A stretch of 43,281 nt of DNA from a virus (Duplodnaviria; Caudoviricetes). Of this stretch, positions 16,297 through 24,004 are shown one piece after another (position 1 is the stretch's first letter; the number at the start of each line of letters is the position of its first letter). Under the pieces are notes generated by a model. The model was not told the DNA's origin and ran no database searches. It was given only the letters and a program-made list of their open reading frames with translations. The stretch is from the IMG/VR virus record IMGVR_UViG_3300028025_004089, positions 1 to 43,281 of that record; one strand, written 5' to 3'. Both the position numbers and the translations under genes were made by a program.

Positions 16297-16998
16297 ATGC
16301 CCGGAGCAACCATCTACAAAGGCCCGTCGCGCATCGACGGTGCACCCATCATCGCTGTCGCGGTATGGGACTCAAGCAACCGCAAGACAGGCAAGATGCT
16401 ACAGACGTACATCCTGCGCGAGGACATCGACCCACGCGATGCCAACAAGTACGGCGAGGACTACAGCATCTGCGGTACGTGCGACCTCAAGGGCGACCCA
16501 ACCTTCGACCCTGACGTCAAGCTGGCCACAGGCCGCAAGTGCTACGTGGTGCTGGGCCAAGGCCCGACCATCGTGTTCAAGACGTACAAGCGCGGCGGGT
16601 ATCCCGACTACACCAACACAACCCTGCGCAAGTCTCTGGGGTTCAAAGCCATGGTGCGCATCGGTACGTACGGTGATGGCGCGGCTGTGCCCGATGAAGT
16701 GTGGGACGACCTGCTCAGCGATGCCGCTGGCCATACCGCGTATAGCCACAACGGTGGCGACCCGGCTAGATACATGGTGAGCGCTGACTCACTTGGCAAG
16801 GCAGAGGATGCATGGCGCAGCAAGTACCGCACGTTCCGCATCGTCAAGGATAGGCACGAGATCATCAAGGGCCAAGAGATCGAGTGTCCGTCTGACCGTG
16901 GCGTCAAGTGCATCGACTGCGGCCTGTGCGCAGGCACATCTGTGCAAGCCAAGAGTATCGCCATCGTTGTGCATGGCGGCGGTGCAAAATATTTTTGA
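16297..16998 (+). CDS. Cys-rich probable Fe-S/metal-binding protein (GP88-like pattern)
   Basis: CGTC...CYV, RIGTYGD and CP...CIDCGLC motifs; AAGGAG SD. Confidence 0.7.
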   Translation: MPGATIYKGPSRIDGAPIIAVAVWDSSNRKTGKMLQTYILREDIDPRDANKYGEDYSICGTCDLKGDPTFDPDVKLATGRKCYVVLGQGPTIVFKTYKRGGYPDYTNTTLRKSLGFKAMVRIGTYGDGAAVPDEVWDDLLSDAAGHTAYSHNGGDPARYMVSADSLGKAEDAWRSKYRTFRIVKDRHEIIKGQEIECPSDRGVKCIDCGLCAGTSVQAKSIAIVVHGGGAKYF

Positions 16999-17006
16999 TA
17001 ACCCCC

Positions 17007-17036
17007 TTGACTTCTGTCAAGTGCTAGACAAATAAT
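17007..17036 (+). promoter_or_regulatory. Promoter with an operator-like palindrome in the spacer (operator copy 2)
   Basis: TTGACT (17007-17012)-18-AATAAT (17031-17036); TGTCAAGTGCTAGACA at 17015-17030. Confidence 0.55.
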
Positions 17037-17057
17037 CCCAATTCCAAGGAGAAAATA

Positions 17058-17249
17058 ATGGACTGCAAGAAAACAATACCGTTCGTTCCGGTAGGTCATC
17101 CCGACTTTAAATGGACGTCAGGCGCGGACGTGCAAGCTACGTGGCGCAAGTATGGCTGGACGCCGCCCTCCGAGGGCATTACTCCGCCGCCCCCACCCCC
17201 GGTACTGGAGGAGCCACCCTTCGCACCGTTCCTGCGCCGCTTTAAGTAG
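17058..17249 (+). CDS. Small conserved phage protein (DVQATWRKYGW motif)
   Basis: CCAAGGAGAA SD; 63 aa with a Pro-rich tail. Confidence 0.75.
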   Translation: MDCKKTIPFVPVGHPDFKWTSGADVQATWRKYGWTPPSEGITPPPPPPVLEEPPFAPFLRRFK

Positions 17250-17257
17250 GCGGTGAT

Positions 17258-18148
17258 ATGCAACGCGATATTGTCTATCAGACCCAAAACCGCCTACGCG
17301 ACATAGCAAACGGCGTGAAGCACACGCCCTTGCACACATTCCAAGAATGCTGCGAAGCAGCAGGTATCGACCACCGTGTGTTCGGCCGCTTAGCCGCTAA
17401 ACATCCCGATGCGCCCAAGCCCGTACTGGAACACGCAAAGACTGCGTGGAAAGCGGGGAAGAAGTACTACCGCAAGCACGAGTTCGTGCAGTGGGTTAAT
17501 CAGTTTCGTCAACAAAAGGAGAAGGCAGTGCCTGATATTAAATCCGCGCTTGAGAAGGCGCTCGCACAAACAGCAAACGCATGGGCCGCAGATGATGAGG
17601 CCCACAAACAAATTCAACCACAACAGGAGAATGAAATGCCAGTTGAGCAGCAGACCGAGCGCATGAACACCAACATATCCCGTACCACGTTTGATTTTAT
17701 TCGGGACAATCCGGGCCTTACCAATCAAGAAGTAACCGCCCGCCTTGCGGCGCACGGGTTCAAGGGAACCACAGTCTCATCGCTGGCCTACCAGATGCTG
17801 CGCGTGCGCCTGATCGTGGCCGATGAAGAGGGAAAGCTGACCGCCGCGGTGCGTGAGTATGCGCCCATCCAAACGAGCCAGATGCGCAAGGCGCGGAAGA
17901 AAACCAAAGCCAAGCCCGTGCAGGATGTAGCGCCAACACCACGCAAGCATATTGAGATCGTCAACACACGCACAGGGGAGGTTATCAACCCCAAGCCAGC
18001 AGGTATCGCTTCGTTGCCTGCCAAACACGTAACCACAGCGCTGTACACCACGCCTGCTGAGTGGTCAGTCGAGTCCGTGATCGGTGGCCTGAACGTACGC
18101 CAAGCCATGGCCGTATATGCAGAACTGCGCAACATATTTGGGGCGTGA
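17258..18148 (+). CDS. Hypothetical protein with two HTH-like segments and in-frame internal starts
   Basis: 296-aa ORF; SD plus start codon also at GTG 17528 and ATG 17636; wHTH-like segment FDFIRDNPGLT...VSSLAYQM. Confidence 0.7.
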   Translation: MQRDIVYQTQNRLRDIANGVKHTPLHTFQECCEAAGIDHRVFGRLAAKHPDAPKPVLEHAKTAWKAGKKYYRKHEFVQWVNQFRQQKEKAVPDIKSALEKALAQTANAWAADDEAHKQIQPQQENEMPVEQQTERMNTNISRTTFDFIRDNPGLTNQEVTARLAAHGFKGTTVSSLAYQMLRVRLIVADEEGKLTAAVREYAPIQTSQMRKARKKTKAKPVQDVAPTPRKHIEIVNTRTGEVINPKPAGIASLPAKHVTTALYTTPAEWSVESVIGGLNVRQAMAVYAELRNIFGA

Positions 18149-18151
18149 AGC

Positions 18152-18355
18152 ATGAAACTGTTTGAAGTACCAAGATACAGCCGAATCAGAGTTGGTGGAA
18201 ATGCGCTGGATTTTCACCACATTGACGGGATGTACAGCTATTGCACGGACAGAAACGGCAAAGTCCACCACATTGCTGCGTGGGCTGATGTCGAAGTTCT
18301 TGGGCCTTGGGAGGATGTGGCCCAGCCAGTACCCAAAGGAGAGAGCAATGAATGA
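18152..18355 (+). CDS. Small conserved phage protein (FHHIDGMYSYC motif)
   Basis: 67 aa, packed in the operon. Confidence 0.75.
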   Translation: MKLFEVPRYSRIRVGGNALDFHHIDGMYSYCTDRNGKVHHIAAWADVEVLGPWEDVAQPVPKGESNE

Positions 18356-18587
18356 AGCAATGAAACAAGCGTGGCTGGAGATCGACCAGCTATTGGGTGA
18401 GCCTACCCGCGAGGAGCTGGACGTGTTCCTACGCGCGTGGCAGAGGGCCATACAAGCGGAGCGCGAGGAGTGTGAAACAGTTTGCGACAACTTGTATCGT
18501 GCTTGGGTGTCGACAGACGATGACGACATCAACCCGCCGGACGCGTTGGACTGCAAGAGAGCGATCCGCGCAAGGGGGCAAGCATGA
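18348..18587 (+). CDS. Hypothetical protein, ERE-x-C...AIRARGQA family
   Basis: AAGGAG SD before ATG 18348; shares C-terminal motifs with 18721-18954. Confidence 0.75.
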   Translation: MNEAMKQAWLEIDQLLGEPTREELDVFLRAWQRAIQAEREECETVCDNLYRAWVSTDDDDINPPDALDCKRAIRARGQA

Positions 18588-18724
18588 CCGCCATCATCGA
18601 ATACATCAAAAAACTGTTCGCCCGTGTAGCGCCAGCCGCTACAGATGAACACTGCCCGTATTGCTATGGCTGCGGCTATGACAGCAGCGGATATACCTGT
18701 TCATGCATACGGGAGAAGAAATGA
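18584..18724 (+). CDS. Small Zn-finger-like protein (46 aa)
   Basis: ATGA overlaps at both ends; CPYCYGCGY...CSC. Confidence 0.65.
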   Translation: MTAIIEYIKKLFARVAPAATDEHCPYCYGCGYDSSGYTCSCIREKK

Positions 18725-18954
18725 AAGACATCATTGAGATGGCTACGGCGGTGGGCTACCCATTGATGGTATTTGATGGAGTGCCATACGTTTCGCCTGC
18801 GCTTGAACGCTTTGCCGCCCTTGTCCGTGCTGATGAGCGTGAGGCGTGTGCAAAGGTGTGTGAAACGTACAACAAACGGCAGTGCTACAACGACGAAGAC
18901 ATGGCGGTAGCAAACGAATGCGCCGCCGCCATCCGAGCAAGGGGACAAGCATGA
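18721..18954 (+). CDS. Hypothetical protein, EREACA...AIRARGQA family
   Basis: GGAG SD, ATGA overlaps; paralogous C-terminus with 18348-18587. Confidence 0.75.
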   Translation: MKDIIEMATAVGYPLMVFDGVPYVSPALERFAALVRADEREACAKVCETYNKRQCYNDEDMAVANECAAAIRARGQA

Positions 18955-19178
18955 ACACCGAAGACGATGAATTCAACCGCATCGAGCGTGAAGCTGCCAT
19001 GCGCAAGGCCGCCGTATCCGCAACCGTTGCAAAGCGTGAGTGGGTGGGGCTTAGCCTTGCGGAGATGGACGCCATCATCGACGGCAACATGACAATCACT
19101 GACTCAAAACTGCGCGATGCCGTATACGCGGTAATGCTCGACACAATGACAACTTTAATGGAGAAGAACCATGGCTAA
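18951..19178 (+). CDS. Hypothetical protein (REWVGL motif)
   Basis: ATGA overlap; MNTEDDEFNRIEREA... Confidence 0.7.
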   Translation: MNTEDDEFNRIEREAAMRKAAVSATVAKREWVGLSLAEMDAIIDGNMTITDSKLRDAVYAVMLDTMTTLMEKNHG

Positions 19179-19395
19179 ACTGCCGTACACATTCACGATC
19201 TGCCCTGACCAAGAGGCACCGAAGACTTTCACTGCGAGCTGTGCCGCCATGGGGCGCTTGCTTCAAGACAGCCCTGACGGAGACCTAACAATCAACCAAA
19301 AAAGATTTGGCATGTGGGACTCATGGACGGGCGGTGGGGTTGACGCTCCCATCGAAGAAAAACTACACGTGATGCTCCAAAAGGACAAGCCATGA
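19171..19395 (+). CDS. Hypothetical protein
   Basis: GGAG SD, 74 aa, overlaps both neighbours. Confidence 0.7.
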   Translation: MAKLPYTFTICPDQEAPKTFTASCAAMGRLLQDSPDGDLTINQKRFGMWDSWTGGGVDAPIEEKLHVMLQKDKP

Positions 19396-19688
19396 ACTGT
19401 AAATGCCATCCCGACTCGCCGTTCCACTGGGCCAGCAACCCACGCGACAGCATGTTTATGAAAGACCACACGTTCAGGGCCAAGGGTGCTGAGGGTAAAA
19501 GCGGAGCACAGATCGCCACGGATTTTGTGGACTACCAGCGCCAGCTCGGCAAAGAGGTCGGCACGATTAAAAAACTTGGATCGCGCACGAAAGAGAAAGA
19601 AAACGCACTGATTGCGTACAAGCAGTTCGGTATCTTTCTACGCGCCATGCCCCACATCAAACCGCAACTCAACAAGCACGAACTTTAA
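19392..19688 (+). CDS. Hypothetical protein
   Basis: AAGGA SD, ATGA overlap, 98 aa. Confidence 0.7.
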   Translation: MNCKCHPDSPFHWASNPRDSMFMKDHTFRAKGAEGKSGAQIATDFVDYQRQLGKEVGTIKKLGSRTKEKENALIAYKQFGIFLRAMPHIKPQLNKHEL

Positions 19689-19939
19689 TGAGAACCAACA
19701 CAACGCCTTCGCTGCGCACGCTGCTTAGAGACAACCCTGACGGGCTGGATGTAGGCACAATGGCCAACTACCTTGAGCGAGAACCCGGCAACATCCGCAG
19801 GTTGCTCAGCACAATGCCTGACGCATACATCGACAGGTGGATACGCCAAACCGGGAACCCCCCAACAGCCATCTGGTGCGTTGTTGTGCCCCCAGAAAAT
19901 TGCCCAAGACCAGACGCTAAACGAAAGAGAAAATCATGA
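19688..19939 (+). CDS. Probable winged-helix DNA-binding protein
   Basis: LLRDNPDGL...MPDAYIDRW...AIWCVVVPPENCPRP; TAATG coupling. Confidence 0.65.
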   Translation: MRTNTTPSLRTLLRDNPDGLDVGTMANYLEREPGNIRRLLSTMPDAYIDRWIRQTGNPPTAIWCVVVPPENCPRPDAKRKRKS

Positions 19940-20184
19940 ACATCAAAGACGGAACCAACGGCACTGCGGCCGATGACATACAGATCAGCGGCAACCACTA
20001 CAAAGACATGCCCATCCAGCCGTGGCACATCATGGAGGCAGTGCTGACCAGCGAGGAGTTCGTAGGCTTCCTCAAGGGTAACGTCATCAAGTACAGCCTG
20101 CGTGCTGGGCGCAAGGACGGCAGCGATGATGCGGGCAAGGCCAAGCACTACATGCAAAAGCTCAAAGAGTTCAGGGGGTACTGA
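19936..20184 (+). CDS. DUF3310-family protein (related to T7 gp1.7-type nucleotide kinases)
   Basis: G-HY...IQPW...GFLKGNVIKY..RAGRK...D..KA-HY motif. Confidence 0.8.
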   Translation: MNIKDGTNGTAADDIQISGNHYKDMPIQPWHIMEAVLTSEEFVGFLKGNVIKYSLRAGRKDGSDDAGKAKHYMQKLKEFRGY

Positions 20185-20185
20185 C

Positions 20186-20482
20186 ATGGCACAGACACCT
20201 GAAGGCAAGGTTAAAGCGGCGGTGCGTAAGATGCTGGACAAGCACGGCATCTACTACTTTATGCCCCCGGGCATGGGGCTTGGGCGCTCGGGTATCCCCG
20301 ACATCATCGGCTGCAAGAACGGCAAGTTTATTGCCATCGAGTGCAAGGCTGGCAAGGGCAAGACCACGGCCCTCCAAGATCGTGAGTTGGTTGCAATTTG
20401 CAACTCGGGCGGGTTCACGTTCGTGGTGAACGAGACCTGCATGGATGAACTAGAAGAAAGGTTGTTGGCATGGACAAGGTGA
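20186..20482 (+). CDS. VRR-NUC domain nuclease (Holliday-junction-resolvase-like)
   Basis: TPEGKVK...GIPDII...FIAIECKA...TALQ (PD-x-ExK); start reassigned to ATG 20186. Confidence 0.85.
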   Translation: MAQTPEGKVKAAVRKMLDKHGIYYFMPPGMGLGRSGIPDIIGCKNGKFIAIECKAGKGKTTALQDRELVAICNSGGFTFVVNETCMDELEERLLAWTR

Positions 20483-20754
20483 CACAAGAGGCGTGGGAGG
20501 ACACGATCGCCGCACTGAGCAAGAGCGACTCAGGACTGCGCGACCACTTCGCACAGCTCATCATGATGCTGGCCAAATGCTACGACCCCGACCTGCCCAA
20601 CAAGGCAGTTTTGCTGGTCGATACTGGCGAGGCGATGCTGACGTTCTGCGTCGGCGCTGACGAGATAGAGCTGGCTGAGATGGTCGGCCAAGCAAACGAG
20701 ATGGCGCAAGCGCTGACAATGCGCGACGCCCCACCCAAGGAGTTATTCAATTGA
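20470..20754 (+). CDS. Hypothetical protein
   Basis: 94 aa bridging the nuclease and polymerase genes, overlapping both. Confidence 0.7.
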   Translation: MDKVTQEAWEDTIAALSKSDSGLRDHFAQLIMMLAKCYDPDLPNKAVLLVDTGEAMLTFCVGADEIELAEMVGQANEMAQALTMRDAPPKELFN

Positions 20755-22748
20755 GCAAACCATTCGACCAAATCATTGTCGGTGACTTCGAGACAGCGTG
20801 GGGACGAGCCGCCCACATCAAGCTGGGGTTCTCGGCACAGACCAACGAGGAGTACGTGCGCGACCCGCGCTTCAAGGCATGGGGCATGTCGTGGAAATAT
20901 CTGGGCAGTGACGACGCACCTGTATGGGTGACACGCAAGGACCTGCCTACGTTCTTCAAGACCATTGATTGGAGCCGCACCGGGTTCTTGGCACAGAACA
21001 CCATGTTCGATGCGTTCATCTTGGCGCAGCACTACAACGTGCACCCCGCCTTTCTTATGGACACCCTGTCCATGGGCCGGGCACTGCGTGGGGTGGAGGC
21101 GGGCAACAGTCTTGCAAGACTGGCGCACATGCTTGGCCTGCCTGAGAAGGGCAAGGGGCTGGCCCCATCCGAGAACATACTGGACGAGCTACCCGCCGAT
21201 GTGGAGGAGGTGCTGGCCGAGTACTGCTGCCACGACACGTGGTTGTGCGAACAGATATTCTTTGGGCTGGGTGGTTGGAGTTACCCGATCAAGGAGTTGC
21301 GCCTCATTGACATGACGCTCAAGATGTACACCCGCGCCGAGCTGTTGCTGGACCGCAGCATGCTGATCAATGCGCTTAGCGAAGAAGGAGAAAAACGTGC
21401 AGGACTACTTAAAAGGCTCGGCGTGGAGGAAGCTGCGCTTGCGTCGAACGATAAGTTTGCGCAAGTACTTGCTGCCATGGGCGTCACTCCCCCTACGAAA
21501 ATCAGCAAGACCACTGGGAAGGAGGCGTTTGCTTTCGCAAAGAATGACGCGCTATTTCAAGCGATGCTCAACGGTGAACGTGAAGACGTTGCCCTTCTTT
21601 GTGAAGCGCGTCTACGGGTTAAGTCAACGACCGAACGTACACGAGCGCAGCGATTCCTTGACATATCGAGCAGGGGCCCGCTCCCGGTCCCGCTTAGTTA
21701 CTTCGGCGCGTCTACAGGCCGCTGGACTGCTGCACGTGGGTCGGCCATCAACATGCAAAACCTCAAGCGAGGTTCGTTCTTACGCAAAGCAATCATGGCA
21801 CCGGTGGGGCACCAGCTTGTCGTCGGGGACCTTTCGCAAATTGAACCGCGAGTCCTCGCGTGGCTTGCGGATTACCAAGATTTGCTCGACATCTTCCGGG
21901 CTGGCGGTGACCCTTACGCCACGTTCGGCTCTCAGATGTTCAACATACCCGGCCTTTCAAAAGAAAGTCATCCAGACCTGCGACAGTCTGCAAAGTCGGC
22001 GCTGCTCGGCTGCGGGTACGGTCTTGGCTGGGCGTCTTTCGCTTCCCAGCTTCTCGTTGGATTCCTTGGCGCTCCTCCCGTACGCTACGACTTGGCCTTT
22101 GCGAAGAAGCTCGGGGTCACAGGTGAGCAGGCGCAGAAGTTCCTTGACTGGGATGTGAACGTAGAGAAGCTGCAAGCCATACCACACACCTGCACAACCA
22201 AAGAGCTGGTGATCCACTGCCTTGCAGCCAAGGCCATCATCGACAAGTACCGCGCCACTGCCACCCCTGTAGTCTCATTTTGGGACCTAATGAGCAGCCT
22301 GATCGAGGAGTCGCTGTATACGGGTAAGGAGTACCAAGTCAAGTGCCTGACTTTCAGGAAGGGGCAGATCATGCTGCCAAGCGGGATGCCCATCAACTAC
22401 CCCGGGCTAAACGTCAAGCGCACAACTGATGAAAAAACAGGCAAATCAAACAAGGAGTGGACGTATGGCGAAAACCGTATTAAACTCTACGGAGGAAAAG
22501 TAACCAACAACGTCACGCAAGGCGTAGCAAGATGCGTGATGACTGATGGGATGTTGAGAACGTCAAAGCGGTACTTCGTAGCGGGTACGGTGCATGACGA
22601 ACAGATCGTGGTGGTGCCGGATGCGGACGTCGAAGAAGCGAAGACTTGGGTCTTGGCGCAAATGACTATGGAGCCGAGCTACCTGCCGGGTATACCTCTG
22701 GACGCTGACGGTGGCGCACACCGTCGTTATGGGTTAGCTAAAAACTAA
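20751..22748 (+). CDS. polA: Family A DNA polymerase with 3'-5' exonuclease domain
   Basis: Exo I DFET, Exo III YCCHD, TGRW, motif A DLSQIEPR, motif B KSALLGCGYG, motif C VHDE. Confidence 0.95.
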   Translation: MSKPFDQIIVGDFETAWGRAAHIKLGFSAQTNEEYVRDPRFKAWGMSWKYLGSDDAPVWVTRKDLPTFFKTIDWSRTGFLAQNTMFDAFILAQHYNVHPAFLMDTLSMGRALRGVEAGNSLARLAHMLGLPEKGKGLAPSENILDELPADVEEVLAEYCCHDTWLCEQIFFGLGGWSYPIKELRLIDMTLKMYTRAELLLDRSMLINALSEEGEKRAGLLKRLGVEEAALASNDKFAQVLAAMGVTPPTKISKTTGKEAFAFAKNDALFQAMLNGEREDVALLCEARLRVKSTTERTRAQRFLDISSRGPLPVPLSYFGASTGRWTAARGSAINMQNLKRGSFLRKAIMAPVGHQLVVGDLSQIEPRVLAWLADYQDLLDIFRAGGDPYATFGSQMFNIPGLSKESHPDLRQSAKSALLGCGYGLGWASFASQLLVGFLGAPPVRYDLAFAKKLGVTGEQAQKFLDWDVNVEKLQAIPHTCTTKELVIHCLAAKAIIDKYRATATPVVSFWDLMSSLIEESLYTGKEYQVKCLTFRKGQIMLPSGMPINYPGLNVKRTTDEKTGKSNKEWTYGENRIKLYGGKVTNNVTQGVARCVMTDGMLRTSKRYFVAGTVHDEQIVVVPDADVEEAKTWVLAQMTMEPSYLPGIPLDADGGAHRRYGLAKN

Positions 22749-22758
22749 GGAGAAGCAT

Positions 22759-23070
22759 ATGCAACCAATGAGAGTCCCGATCCACATGACTGTGGGTGAG
22801 CACAAGTACGGCGTCCATGTCGTCAAGTACATGCCCCGCAAGGGGGCCATGGGTGTCACCTACTACGGCAACAAATGCATCAGCGTTGCCACACACAGCA
22901 ACAAGTCGCGCACACAGTTCGCCCCGCCTGACTTCAACGAGACCTTCTGGCACGAGCTCACACACGCTGTGTTGTTCGAGATGGGTAGTTCGTTGTACAA
23001 GGACGAGGTGTTTGTGACCCGCTTTGCCAAGCACTTGTCCAACGCCATCGACACAGCGGAGTTCAGATGA
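22759..23070 (+). CDS. Small zincin-like metallopeptidase-domain protein
   Basis: TFWHELTHA (HExxH) followed by DE-FV; TAAGGAG SD. Confidence 0.7.
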   Translation: MQPMRVPIHMTVGEHKYGVHVVKYMPRKGAMGVTYYGNKCISVATHSNKSRTQFAPPDFNETFWHELTHAVLFEMGSSLYKDEVFVTRFAKHLSNAIDTAEFR

Positions 23071-23732
23071 AAAAACCAGCATGGAGTCACAGCTCCCTCA
23101 AAGACTTCGAGGGCTGCGCCCGCAGGTATCACGAGGTCAAGGTCTTGAAGAAGTACCCCTTCACAGAGACCGAGGCAACGCGTTACGGCAATCAAGTGCA
23201 CGAGGCCATCGAGCTCTACATCAGGGACAAGAAGCCGATACCGCCTGAGTACGCGCAGTTCAAGCCTGTAGTGGACGCCATGCTGAACAAACCCGGACGA
23301 GCTCTGGCCGAGTACGAGATGGCGTTGACCGTGGACTTGAAGCCCACCAACTGGAAATCGCCAGACGTGTGGGTGCGCGGTATTGCTGACATCCTGATCG
23401 TCGACGATGACAACCTGACAGCATGGGTGGGTGACTGGAAGACAGGCAACAACAAGTACCCAGACCGGGATCAGTTGGTGCTCATGTCTCTCATGGTCTT
23501 CGCCCACTTCCCCCACATCCGCAAGGTCAACAGCGCGTTGCTTTTTATCGTCAAGGAGTCTATGGTCAACATGCAGATGCAGCGTGAGCAGGCCGAGCAG
23601 TTCTGGTGGAAGTACCGTGAGCGCACCGCCCGTCTTGAAGCCTGCTTCGACAACGATGTGTGGAACCCCACACAAACACCGCTGTGCGGCTGGTGCCAAG
23701 TCACTGGCTGCGAGTTCAACCCCAAGCATTAA
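23067..23732 (+). CDS. PD-(D/E)XK / Cas4-like exonuclease
   Basis: WSHSSL..F..C, G...H, RGIAD...DWKTG, Q motif and C-terminal CGWC....C. Confidence 0.85.
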   Translation: MKKPAWSHSSLKDFEGCARRYHEVKVLKKYPFTETEATRYGNQVHEAIELYIRDKKPIPPEYAQFKPVVDAMLNKPGRALAEYEMALTVDLKPTNWKSPDVWVRGIADILIVDDDNLTAWVGDWKTGNNKYPDRDQLVLMSLMVFAHFPHIRKVNSALLFIVKESMVNMQMQREQAEQFWWKYRERTARLEACFDNDVWNPTQTPLCGWCQVTGCEFNPKH

Positions 23733-23742
23733 GGAGCCAGTC

Positions 23743-23988
23743 ATGGCACAACCGTCCAGCAAGCGTGACTACAAGCAAGAGTACAAAGATTTCCACGGCA
23801 AGCCTGAGCAAGTCGACAACCGTGCGGAGCGCGTCAAGGCGCGACGCATCATGGAGAAGTCTGGCCAAGCCAGCAAAGGCGATGGCAAAGATGTTGACCA
23901 CATCAAGCCGCTCAAGAGTGGCGGCACATCTGCCAAGAGCAACCTGCGAATGCGCAGCGTTGCCAAGAACCGCGCCAGTTCAAAATAA
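23743..23988 (+). CDS. Small HNH-motif protein
   Basis: TAAGGAG SD; GDGKDVDHIKPL..GG.....NL......NR. Confidence 0.8.
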   Translation: MAQPSSKRDYKQEYKDFHGKPEQVDNRAERVKARRIMEKSGQASKGDGKDVDHIKPLKSGGTSAKSNLRMRSVAKNRASSK

Positions 23989-24004
23989 AACCAAGGAGAA
24001 GCGC

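Noticed and set aside
18941-18947. GGGGACA as an eighth palindrome copy
   Set aside because: No TGTCCCC arm follows; it is part of the IRARGQA coding repeat
23067-23732. Cas4-like nuclease as evidence of CRISPR-Cas
   Set aside because: Stand-alone Cas4-like exonucleases are usual in phage replication modules; no array or other cas genes are seen
23660-24004. 115-aa N-terminal extension of the helicase
   Set aside because: Overlaps the nuclease end and the whole small HNH gene; a strong SD precedes GTG 24005
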